From Candidatus Thorarchaeota archaeon (lineage in GTDB: Archaea; Asgardarchaeota; Thorarchaeia; Thorarchaeales; Thorarchaeaceae), in assembly GCA_016840855.1 (NCBI GenBank), contig JAEORO010000245.1:1-12691 (forward strand): a stretch of DNA of 12,691 nucleotides, in the 5' to 3' direction. A program made the position numbers and the translations under genes. Position 1 is the first letter of the stretch; every line of letters begins with the position of its first letter. The notes below the pieces were generated by a model. It ran no database searches and was not told the DNA's origin. It saw only the letters and a list, made by a program, of their open reading frames with translations. This document shows positions 1 through 7,798 of the stretch, in pieces.

Positions 1-21
1 CTGAAGCGTATGTTGAAAGTC

Positions 22-40
22 ATTAAGAAAAAATAAAAAC
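22..40 (-). terminator. Putative archaeal oligo-T terminator of the permease gene
   Basis: The + strand is A-rich (aagaaaaaataaaaac) immediately past the stop at 41, giving a T-rich tract on the coding strand. Confidence 0.45.
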
Positions 41-1309
41 TCAAGACGCCAGAAGAAGAAATACAAGGTATACGAACGATTGAACTAGAGTCAGTGGAAT
101 CCCTATTTTCGCAAACTCACTGAATTCAATTGTTTCCCCATGTCGTTCAGCATTCTGAATGATTATGACATTACTCGCAGCTCCAAGCACCAGCATGTTG
201 CCTGCAATTGTACTTCCCGCAGCGAGGGCTATTAACTGAACAAGTGAAGCTCCATTCGACGAGAAAATTGGGATAAATAGCGCAACAAGCGGCACATTGG
301 AAATCAGTTGACTTAGCAGTGTTCCAACTGCAATTATTATGGGGATAGATGTCAAATCGAGACCCAGTGTTGAGATGAGTTCTTGAAATACACCACTTTG
401 CCAGACACTTGCCATCAACACAAACATCGATACAAAGAACAGGAGTGTCGGCCAATCGATATTCCTTACAATATCGACCCTCTTTCTACTTAACAGAATT
501 ATTGGCAATGCTGCAATGATTGCAATGTAGGACAGTCTCATTTCAATCCAAGGCGCAGCTACAACGACGATGACCTTAACTCCAATCAACAGAATGATCA
601 AAAGCAATGAGAGTTTTGATATCTGAACCAGTTGAGTGTCTATGTGAATCTCTTCGTTTTGATTCTCTACGAGTGGTTTTTGGAATTCAGCCCTATAGAA
701 AAATCGTAGAAAGAGGAATGCTACAATAAAGCACAGCATTGTTGGTAATGCAAGATATTGCACGAAAGTAATGAAAGGACTGTCAATTCCGCCTGAAGAA
801 GCTACTAACAGATTTTGGGGATTTCCAATTGGACTCATTACACTACCTGTAGTGACTGCGAATGCCAGTGCCAGTAAGAGAAGTTTTGGTGAAAGTCCGT
901 GTTTCTTTGAGAGCCCAAGTGCAATTGGTGTACCAATGATTGCGAGTGTATCATTCATTAAAAGTGCTGATAGCAGTCCTATTGGAATGAGAATGAGAAG
1001 AATAAGTTGATCTACACTTCTCGCTCGATAGAAGAGTCTGCGAGAAAGTAGATTGAGATATCCACTCCGTTGCATTGACTCACCTACAACAAACATTCCA
1101 AATAAGAATACAATCACATCAAGGTTTACAGAGTAGAAGGCATCGATTGGATTAATCTGACCAGTTAGAAGTACGATTACTGCCCCTAGTGTCATAGCTT
1201 GCCAGATTTTGATTCTAATGTTTCCAATCTTCCTTACAGCAATGAGGACAAAGACAATAGCTAGTACCATAATGGAGATGTACTCTAAGGCCATAGGATA
1301 GTCAACCAT
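41..1309 (-). CDS. ArsB/NhaD (IT superfamily, SLC13/CitMHS/YbiR-like) anion permease
   Basis: 422 aa, highly hydrophobic with many predicted TM segments. Carries IT-superfamily motifs MNDT, SPIGNPQN, ISNVP and GAASN. Substrate cannot be determined. Confidence 0.85.
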   Translation of the reverse strand: MVDYPMALEYISIMVLAIVFVLIAVRKIGNIRIKIWQAMTLGAVIVLLTGQINPIDAFYSVNLDVIVFLFGMFVVGESMQRSGYLNLLSRRLFYRARSVDQLILLILIPIGLLSALLMNDTLAIIGTPIALGLSKKHGLSPKLLLLALAFAVTTGSVMSPIGNPQNLLVASSGGIDSPFITFVQYLALPTMLCFIVAFLFLRFFYRAEFQKPLVENQNEEIHIDTQLVQISKLSLLLIILLIGVKVIVVVAAPWIEMRLSYIAIIAALPIILLSRKRVDIVRNIDWPTLLFFVSMFVLMASVWQSGVFQELISTLGLDLTSIPIIIAVGTLLSQLISNVPLVALFIPIFSSNGASLVQLIALAAGSTIAGNMLVLGAASNVIIIQNAERHGETIEFSEFAKIGIPLTLVQSFVYLVFLLLAS

Positions 1310-1424
1310 CCGTGTGAAGTTTCGATGAATCGTTTTTCTTATAGCTCGATTGCAACAGTTTTTTGAATCAATGTTATGTCTATTAAGTTAGAGATGGGGA
1401 AAAGCAACTGAAGTATCCAATCTG

Positions 1425-1616
1425 CTAGGTTCTGAAGAGAGCTGTACCAATCATATAGAAGCCCAAGAAACCAAACACCACACCAGTCACACCGAAGTTG
1501 ACAATCAATCCAGGATTGATTGTTGGAAAATTACCCATAATCGCAATTGCGATTGGAATTAGACTTGCAAGGACCATTGCTCCTCCAATACCAAATTCAG
1601 TTTCTCTTGAAACCAT
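1425..1616 (-). CDS. Small hypothetical membrane protein (2 TM)
   Basis: 63 aa, ATG start preceded by a GGTGA SD-like motif (+ strand tcacc near 1626-1630). Two hydrophobic Gly-rich segments. Confidence 0.65.
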   Translation of the reverse strand: MVSRETEFGIGGAMVLASLIPIAIAIMGNFPTINPGLIVNFGVTGVVFGFLGFYMIGTALFRT

Positions 1617-1804
1617 GTATATAGTTCACCTAGGAAATACATTGCTTTGAAAGATTTTGAACTTATTCAACTATCTAATGAGATCATAGAGGTCATTATG
1701 GCGTATCGAAGGGATTTCGAGTTATTCACGCAGTACAAAGTACTAATAATCAAAACGAAACGAGTTCAGAAACATATCTACACACACAAGGATTGTGCCA
1801 ATTA

Positions 1805-2758
1805 ATGATTCATATAGAGGCCAGAAAACTTAGTCCAGAGGACTGCGTAAAACTTGCTAAAATAACAAAACATGCAAGGCAGGGTACACCTGTTGAATCA
1901 AATAAGACGATCGAGGAGATTTCAAAGAATATTGAGGATTTATCCATTAGTGATGGTTATCGGATATTTATCGCTCTAGATGATGAGGAAAACATAGTTG
2001 GGTGGATATACTACTATGTTGGGTTTCCTCTGATGAGCTTCATTGGCGGATTCTTACCACTTGTGGATGAAACACGTGAGTCTGAAGAGATTGCCATATC
2101 ATTAATTGAGGCTTTAAAGAAAGATATCGTTAACAATAGACGCAGCAGGCTGGAAATCGAGTTAGTATTGCCCACAGACGAGTACAGGTCATATTCAGAG
2201 AAGTTTGTTGAATGGTACAAAAATTGTGGTTTTAAATTTGCAGCAGAAGAAATGCACATGAAGACAGACCTGAGTAGCATAGAACTTCCTGAGCTTGATT
2301 TGCCGCATGATTACGCGCTGAAAAAGTTTTCAGAAGTGTCCTATGAGAGACTCAAGGATTCGGGATTTAGAACTTTGAAAGAGAGTAAAGAAGGTTTATT
2401 CCTCTCAATGCACCATGCTGAGCAAGAAGTGACTCTAGAGTATTTCTTTGACAAGTCCAAGCCATACATTGATGATGCATCATTGATCCTTGAAAAGAGA
2501 GGAGAAATCATCGGGTTTGTTATTGCACGCATGATGGATGATGAGCCTGAGATTGGACCAGTCGGGATTGTACCTGAAGCAAGGGGGGAAGGACTAGGTA
2601 CGTATTTGTTTGTTCGTGTTCTAAAGAATTTGAAGCATAGTGGTGCAAACAGCGCTTGTCTTGACACAACTGTAACCAATTTTCCTGCTCAAGGACTCTA
2701 CAGAAGATATGGTTTCAAAGAAGTATATTTCAAGCAATTTTACTTCTGGTCACCTTAG
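1805..2758 (+). CDS. Tandem-domain GNAT family N-acetyltransferase
   Basis: The C-terminal domain has acetyl-CoA motif A (VGIVPEARGEGLG) and motif B (N..AQGLYRRYGF). The N-terminal domain has a degenerate copy (WYKNCGF). In-frame ATG at 1805 preferred over the track's TTG at 1793. Confidence 0.85.
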   Translation: MIHIEARKLSPEDCVKLAKITKHARQGTPVESNKTIEEISKNIEDLSISDGYRIFIALDDEENIVGWIYYYVGFPLMSFIGGFLPLVDETRESEEIAISLIEALKKDIVNNRRSRLEIELVLPTDEYRSYSEKFVEWYKNCGFKFAAEEMHMKTDLSSIELPELDLPHDYALKKFSEVSYERLKDSGFRTLKESKEGLFLSMHHAEQEVTLEYFFDKSKPYIDDASLILEKRGEIIGFVIARMMDDEPEIGPVGIVPEARGEGLGTYLFVRVLKNLKHSGANSACLDTTVTNFPAQGLYRRYGFKEVYFKQFYFWSP

Positions 2759-2844
2759 AGGATAGTTAAAGAAATAAATAAGAGAAACGATAGTTCTTAG
2801 CTGCTTTCTTTGATTTAGAGCCAAGTGGAATAGGTTTGTGTTGT

Positions 2845-3129
2845 TCATTCCTTTTCCTGATTTAGCAATCTCCACCAACCATTCCAAAGGATGAAATCTT
2901 CGAGTACAATCTTTGTTTCTGGCATGCTTCTGTATAGCAAATCAGTCACTAACAAGAAAAACAATCCAACTAGGAATCCAAGAAAAGGCAGTAAGAAGAG
3001 GAAGATTGTGTGAGGGGATATGCCAACAAGTGTGATAATCCCTCTAAAAATAAGAATGATACTACCAAGCAAAGTGACACATGAAATTATTTCCATTGTA
3101 TCTTTGTTTTCCACAATCCTTCGCTTCAT
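2845..3129 (-). CDS. Hypothetical membrane protein (2 TM)
   Basis: 94 aa with ATG start and two long hydrophobic segments. Fills the gap between the GNAT and DUF998-like genes. Confidence 0.55.
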   Translation of the reverse strand: MKRRIVENKDTMEIISCVTLLGSIILIFRGIITLVGISPHTIFLFLLPFLGFLVGLFFLLVTDLLYRSMPETKIVLEDFILWNGWWRLLNQEKE

Positions 3130-3295
3130 ATATTCGTCTGGAATCCTTTAAGGTTTCTCAATTAAGACAGTGATGTGTGAAGTTGTGCGAAGAACAACAG
3201 TGATTTGAGTCAGTTTGTAACGCAAACCTCGATGCAGTTCAAAGATTGTCTACCTCTTATATTCATTCTATGTATGCTCAATATCGTGATTTAAA

Positions 3296-3934
3296 ATGTC
3301 GAAATCAGAAATCACTGTAACTAATTCACCAAAAAGGTTCGAGTCGGTTAGATTCGATATGACAAAACTGGGCGGCACGCTTCTCTATATAGGAGGCGTT
3401 CAATGGCTCCTAGGTCTGCTTCTTGCAGAGTCATGGTATCCAGGGTATAGTTCGAGAATTGATTATGTGAGTGATCTTGGAACTGGCCCAACAGCTCTCA
3501 TCTACAATATGTCTGTATTCCTTTTAGGAGTCTGCATGTTTCTAGGGGCATATTTCATGATGAAATCTATCAAGAGTAAGGTCCAATCTGTCCTTCTTTC
3601 CATTTCAGGAATTGGAGCTATGGGAGTAGGAATATTCCCAGCAGACATGCAACCTATGCATAGTGTCTTTACTTTGGTAGCCATCTTGTTTGGTGCCTTT
3701 GCGGCAATATCATCGTATAAGATACAAAGTCCACCCATTTCATACATTTCTGTGATTCTGGGTGCATTCTCCCTAATTGTATCATTTGTCTTCTTCCCCT
3801 ATTTGGGACTTCCAGCAGGTGCAACTGATACATTTCTCGGCATGGCTAAGGGCTCAATGGAACGTTGGGCCATATACCCAATTCTCGCTTGGGCAATTGG
3901 ACATGGCAGTCATATTGCACGGTCTCAGGTGTGA
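3296..3934 (+). CDS. DUF998-like membrane protein
   Basis: 212 aa, ~5 TM. YPGYS...VSDLG, GVGIFP, a conserved His (MHSVF) and G.MER.. match the DUF998 pattern. Confidence 0.75.
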   Translation: MSKSEITVTNSPKRFESVRFDMTKLGGTLLYIGGVQWLLGLLLAESWYPGYSSRIDYVSDLGTGPTALIYNMSVFLLGVCMFLGAYFMMKSIKSKVQSVLLSISGIGAMGVGIFPADMQPMHSVFTLVAILFGAFAAISSYKIQSPPISYISVILGAFSLIVSFVFFPYLGLPAGATDTFLGMAKGSMERWAIYPILAWAIGHGSHIARSQV

Positions 3935-3984
3935 GTGATCAATTCGATTCTCATATCGAGAGTGATAGAATAAAGAAAGAGATT

Positions 3985-4011
3985 CGAAGGGGGCGTTGCA
4001 GCCCACCTTCG
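3985..4011 (-). terminator. Hairpin plus T-tract downstream of the distal repeat copy and the hydrolase gene
   Basis: CGAAGGGGGC (3985-3994) pairs with GCCC-a-CCTTCG (4001-4011, one bulge) around a 6-nt loop. Followed on the - strand by aatctctttctttattct. Confidence 0.65.
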
Positions 4012-4060
4012 GAAACTAAAGCACACTGATACAGCGGTGAATGACTTCTGGTCCTACTTC
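4007..4060. repeat. Direct repeat copy 1 (54 bp): displaced duplicate of the actin 3' end, att-like
   Basis: Identical to 6469-6523 except that one base (A6490) is missing: 4007-4027 = 6469-6489 and 4028-4060 = 6491-6523. Confidence 0.95.
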
Positions 4061-4083
4061 TTGAAGAATATCTACACATTTTT

Positions 4084-5649
4084 TTATTGGAGTATTTGCA
4101 GCGACAGAACTAATTTTTGATTTGATTCAAACTGAAGAGTATAGTCTTTTCCATGACGTGGTTTTTCGTACTGTGGATAATTCGACCAACTTATTTCTAT
4201 CATCAGTTTTTCACCAGTCCTAGTTTCAAAGGACGTGAAACCAAGATTGATATCGCGCTCCTTCATTTCATTGGCTTCTTCGATGATATGAATCCCATTA
4301 TTGATTATATATTCGGCTCCTTCTTCGTCAACTAGATTGAGTTTAGCAGTAATGTGGGAACCAGAGATAGATCCTGAGGAAATGACTTTTACAATAACAT
4401 TTCCCATAATAGTAGTATCCTCTCGAAATGGCTCAGAGTAGAAACGAAGAACATCAGCTCTATTATTGACAACTCTTTGGTCATATGGTCCAGGATGCAA
4501 TCCTTCAACTAGATGATTGGTCCACACTGGACCTCCAGTAGTTCTCACTGGATCATCATAGTTGGCTATGATTCTTCTCTGCGTTGAATCAAAGGGAAAC
4601 TCTATCTCAAGGGATGTAGTGGGTAATGGCCACTGGTTAAATTCGTACCACTCATCCTTTCTAAGGACATAGACTTTAATCGATTGTTCTTTCTTGACCA
4701 CAGGATCAGCACTAATTTGCAAGTGTTTGATTAAATCATTAATTACATTAGCTTGTGCATTCGTAATTTTGAATGTACCAATACTATCAAGGGAATTAAT
4801 GTACCCATTATGCCCCCAAGGACCAATTATTAGATTGGGCTGAATGCCACCAATATCACTCACCTTTTCGAATGCATCGATACTAGCGCGACAGACATTA
4901 TCATAATAAGATGCAATAAAAGTGACCTTTGTTGAGAAATTAGTATCCTTGATGAAATTTAATTTGAGGGAATCGAGATATTCGAAGTCACTTAACAAAT
5001 CCCATAAATCGGATGGATAACCTTGAGAAGAAACTCCGTGGCTCAAAGCAAGATCATATGCCTCAGGAAAAGGTGTATTCATGTTCTCCAGCGACCCTTG
5101 TATCCTGCCACTCATCATAATCGACCAGGGATATGCATGATGCAGATTGAGTACACCATCAGTCAGGATTGTATTGTTTGTTAAATCGGAAAATGTCATA
5201 GGTGTGAAAACAGACTCAATCGTTGCATTGGTTTTCTTACATTGTGTTACAGCTTGGAGACCTATCCATCCTAGATATGAAGGTCCGAAGAAGTGGACCT
5301 TTCCATTTGACCAGGGTTGTTCAGTAATCCAGTCAAGTGTATCAATGGAATCATTAGCTTCATTGAAGGGATTGAATTTTCCATCCGAATTGTATCGGCC
5401 TCTTACATCTTGCACTACGTAATTCAATGTAATAGGCAAACTTTGAGCCATCATTTTTACAAGCCCGAAAAATCCTGTTGCATTGTAGGGATTGCGAATT
5501 ATAATGGTGTCCCGTGCCATGCCATCTATAGGGATGTGCGTAATGGTTGCAAGGCGGATTCCATCTCGAGTCATGACTCCCAGATTGAACTCAGTTCGGT
5601 ATGCGACTGTTGCATTTTGACCCTCTTTTTGATTGTGCTTTCGTTCCAT
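4084..5649 (-). CDS. CocE/NonD family serine hydrolase (peptidase S15-like)
   Basis: Motifs: V.TRDGIRLAT, RNPYN, QDVRGRYNSDG, nucleophile elbow GPSYLG, acid motif SYYD, GPWGH (His) and a C-terminal beta-rich domain. ATG at 5649 preferred over 5691 because it has a GGTGG SD-like motif upstream, while 5691 lies inside the operator palindrome. Confidence 0.88.
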   Translation of the reverse strand: MERKHNQKEGQNATVAYRTEFNLGVMTRDGIRLATITHIPIDGMARDTIIIRNPYNATGFFGLVKMMAQSLPITLNYVVQDVRGRYNSDGKFNPFNEANDSIDTLDWITEQPWSNGKVHFFGPSYLGWIGLQAVTQCKKTNATIESVFTPMTFSDLTNNTILTDGVLNLHHAYPWSIMMSGRIQGSLENMNTPFPEAYDLALSHGVSSQGYPSDLWDLLSDFEYLDSLKLNFIKDTNFSTKVTFIASYYDNVCRASIDAFEKVSDIGGIQPNLIIGPWGHNGYINSLDSIGTFKITNAQANVINDLIKHLQISADPVVKKEQSIKVYVLRKDEWYEFNQWPLPTTSLEIEFPFDSTQRRIIANYDDPVRTTGGPVWTNHLVEGLHPGPYDQRVVNNRADVLRFYSEPFREDTTIMGNVIVKVISSGSISGSHITAKLNLVDEEGAEYIINNGIHIIEEANEMKERDINLGFTSFETRTGEKLMIEISWSNYPQYEKPRHGKDYTLQFESNQKLVLSLQILQ

Positions 5650-5670
5650 TAATCTTCGCCACCAAAAATT

Positions 5671-5740
5671 TAATGTTAATTTTTTTGTCATAATATTAAC
5701 ATTACATCTTATGTTAAGATATATAAATATTTCTTAACAT
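5671..5740. promoter_or_regulatory. Two tandem palindromic operators (ATGTTAA-N16-TTAACAT) in the divergent promoter
   Basis: Site 1: TAATGTTAAT 5671-5680 / ATTAACATTA 5695-5704. Site 2: ATGTTAAGA 5711-5719 / TCTTAACAT 5732-5740, enclosing TATATAAATA. Confidence 0.8.
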
Positions 5741-5770
5741 TATCCGTCTACATATTTGGAGAGTAATAAT

Positions 5771-6424
5771 ATGATTCCTTCCAAATCTTCTGAAGCAACA
5801 TCCGAAATTGTAGAAAAAATGTTGAAAATGGTTAGAGCCAGGTCCCACTCGCTGAAATTTAAATTACTACAACTATTGATGATTTATGGCGAATTGTCCA
5901 CTTCAGAATTGGTTGAAAAAGTCGGAAAATCCAAACCAACTATTCTCAAACATCTAGATGAATTGGAAGATCTTGGAGAAGTGTCATTCCGAACGGAAAT
6001 ATCTCCAGGAGCCTATGATAGACGAATTTATTCTTCAACTAATCCCAGTTGGAGAATTGAAGGGCAAAGTCTGCGAGAACGCGTGCGTAAAAATCCTAAA
6101 CTAGCTGTTGGATACATGAATTTTCAATTATCTCAACTGCTACTTTTGAAGGAAATTATAGATAGTATGGTCGACTATCAAAAACGGTTGAACAACGAAG
6201 TAATGAAGGCATTCAACTCCAAAGAAATTGAAGAAATGATTGACTTATTCAAAGACAATCTAGGTCAAGTTCATCAACAATACCTATCCAAAGCACAGCT
6301 TCATGGAAGGGGACCGGAAACTCCAAAGGAATACCTTAAGCTGGAATTACTTTTACCAATTCGTAGATTGATTGAACAATTAACAAAAAGCGAATGGGAA
6401 AAAGATGGGTCCTTATGGGAATAG
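5771..6424 (+). CDS. ArsR/TrmB-like winged-helix transcriptional regulator
   Basis: LSTSELVEKVGKSKPTILKHLDELEDLGEV...RRIY is a wHTH, followed by a helical C-terminal region. ATG at 5771 has GGAGAG upstream (track start is TTG 5756). Confidence 0.85.
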   Translation: MIPSKSSEATSEIVEKMLKMVRARSHSLKFKLLQLLMIYGELSTSELVEKVGKSKPTILKHLDELEDLGEVSFRTEISPGAYDRRIYSSTNPSWRIEGQSLRERVRKNPKLAVGYMNFQLSQLLLLKEIIDSMVDYQKRLNNEVMKAFNSKEIEEMIDLFKDNLGQVHQQYLSKAQLHGRGPETPKEYLKLELLLPIRRLIEQLTKSEWEKDGSLWE

Positions 6425-6448
6425 GAATTAAAACGAAAAACAAGAGAG

Positions 6449-6473
6449 CGAAGAGGGAACTAGTCCCTCTTCG
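6449..6473 (-). terminator. Actin terminator hairpin, lying between convergent genes
   Basis: Perfect 10-bp stem CGAAGAGGGA / TCCCTCTTCG with a 5-nt loop. Followed on the - strand by ctctcttgtttttcgtttt. Confidence 0.75.
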
Positions 6474-6523
6474 GAAACTAAAGCACACTAGATACAGCGG
6501 TGAATGACTTCTGGTCCTACTTC
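6469..6523. repeat. Direct repeat copy 2 (55 bp): functional actin 3' end
   Basis: Encodes [11 protein letters not shown]-stop plus 19 nt of 3' UTR on the - strand. Matches 4007-4060. Confidence 0.95.
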
Positions 6524-7627
6524 CTCGAACTCTTTTCGTGAGACCCACATCTTCTGGAAGGTCTTCAGTGAGCCGAGAATGCTACCACCAATCCAGACAG
6601 AGTACTGTCGCTCTGGAGGAGCAATGATTCGGACTTCGATGTTCTCTGGAACTAGCTCGGTAATCTCCTTGTGGAGTCTCTCCTTGAGTCCTGGGAACAT
6701 GGTTGAGCCACCTGAGAGTACGACGTTAGCGTATAGATCACGCCTCAAGTCGACATCACAGGCTTTGATTGACTCGACAATGTGATCGTCGAGTGGCATT
6801 GTATCTAGCCCAATGGCACTTGGATTGAAGAACAGCTCAGGTGCCTGGAACCTCTCTGCACCAACAGTGATCACCTCACCATCAGGTAGCATGTAGGGTT
6901 TGTCAACACCAGCCTTGTCAGCGACTGTTCGCTCCCGCTCGGGATCGAGAGCTACATAACATAGCTTCTCCTTGATGTCCCTGACAATCTCTTTCTCTGC
7001 ACCGCTCACAAAGGAATAACCCCTCTGTCTGAGAAGTCTGCGCAGATATTCAGTGATGTCTCTACCAGCTAGGTCAATTCTTCGGATGGCGTGGTTGATT
7101 GAGAAGCCCTCATAGATTGGTACTATGTGGGTGACACCATCGCCTGAGTCAATGACCAGTCCAGTGGTTCGACCAGATGCATACAGTGACAGTACTGCCT
7201 GTGTGGCAACATACACTGCGGGTACACCGAAGTTATCAAACATAACAGATGCCATGCGCTCTCTGTTTTCTCGGGGGTTGAATGGTGCCTCTGTAAGGAG
7301 CACCGGATTCTCACTTGGGTCTACTTTCAAGTCATTATAGAACGTGTAGCTCCATATTTTCTCAATAGCATCCCAGTCTTCTACGATTCCGTGAGAGATT
7401 GGATAGACCAGACGGAGTACACCACGGAGGTTGATAGCCTCTTCACCAATATAGTAGTCACGTGTGTAGTGGTCCACGTCAGTCATGATTGACTCATAAC
7501 GTGGGTAACCAATCAGTGTGGGCCAGACGCTGCGTGGCTGATCTTCGCCGGCATAACCGTTCTTGCTCAAACCAGTACCATTGTCGATGACAATTGGTTT
7601 TGCGCCAAGAAACTCGTCTTCAGCCAT
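6488..7627 (-). CDS. Actin (Asgard Lokiactin-type)
   Basis: 379 aa, colinear with eukaryotic actin: IDNGTG phosphate-1, [36 protein letters not shown] phosphate-2, [41 protein letters not shown]. The [22 protein letters not shown] segment is as I recall for Asgard Lokiactins. Confidence 0.97.
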   Translation of the reverse strand: MAEDEFLGAKPIVIDNGTGLSKNGYAGEDQPRSVWPTLIGYPRYESIMTDVDHYTRDYYIGEEAINLRGVLRLVYPISHGIVEDWDAIEKIWSYTFYNDLKVDPSENPVLLTEAPFNPRENRERMASVMFDNFGVPAVYVATQAVLSLYASGRTTGLVIDSGDGVTHIVPIYEGFSINHAIRRIDLAGRDITEYLRRLLRQRGYSFVSGAEKEIVRDIKEKLCYVALDPERERTVADKAGVDKPYMLPDGEVITVGAERFQAPELFFNPSAIGLDTMPLDDHIVESIKACDVDLRRDLYANVVLSGGSTMFPGLKERLHKEITELVPENIEVRIIAPPERQYSVWIGGSILGSLKTFQKMWVSRKEFEEVGPEVIHRCI

Positions 7628-7637
7628 TTTTTATCGG

Positions 7638-7642
7638 TCCTC
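7638..7642 (-). promoter_or_regulatory. SD-like GAGGA upstream of actin
   Basis: + strand TCCTC at 7638-7642, 10 nt upstream of the ATG on the - strand. Confidence 0.55.
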
Positions 7643-7732
7643 GTTTAGTGATTTGTTCGGACAAATCCAAAGAAAGATTCGTCAAGCTCAGAGCTTTGAG
7701 ACTCTTTTCTAGCAATTCGTTCTTGCCGAATC

Positions 7733-7740
7733 TATTTAAG
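7733..7740 (-). promoter_or_regulatory. Putative TATA box of actin (CTTAAATA)
   Basis: Fits the archaeal TATA consensus. The identical octamer lies upstream of the HD gene (10921-10928). Confidence 0.5.
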
Positions 7741-7798
7741 GGTACGTCCGATAAGTGTCAACTATTTCGAAAAGTATCTAAGTTATGTATAATTCATC

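Larger units (their letters stand above)
4007..6523. mobile_element. Small integrated island/cassette at the actin 3' end (no integrase visible)
   Basis: Flanked by a 54/55-bp direct repeat overlapping a gene 3' end. Hand-counted 60-nt samples give ~30-37% GC inside versus ~52% in actin and ~45% in the HD gene. Cargo is a self-contained enzyme-plus-regulator unit. Confidence 0.7.

Noticed and set aside
1805-2758. GNAT as an actin N-terminal acetyltransferase (NAA80-like)
   Set aside because: It has a generic tandem-GNAT architecture and lies several genes away in an accessory-looking region. No sequence evidence links it to actin.
3981-4015. tRNA-like look of the GC-rich hairpin (TTCGA, TTGCA)
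   Set aside because: Only a single stem-loop; no acceptor stem or D-arm can be built. Better explained as a terminator.
4016-4033. Alternative actin tail CISVL as a CaaX prenylation or PDZ-binding motif
   Set aside because: The Cys is fifth from the end, so it is not CaaX. A 3-residue S-x-L match is too likely by chance.
5650-5691. Longer hydrolase start (MTKKLTLNFWWRRL, superficially a twin-arginine signal)
   Set aside because: It lies within the operator/promoter palindromes, and no hydrophobic signal helix follows the RR.
4007-6523. Repeat as CRISPR repeat, IS terminal repeat or target-site duplication
   Set aside because: Only two direct copies 2.4 kb apart, identical to actin coding sequence. 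Too long for a TSD, not inverted, and no cas, transposase or integrase ORF is present in the window.
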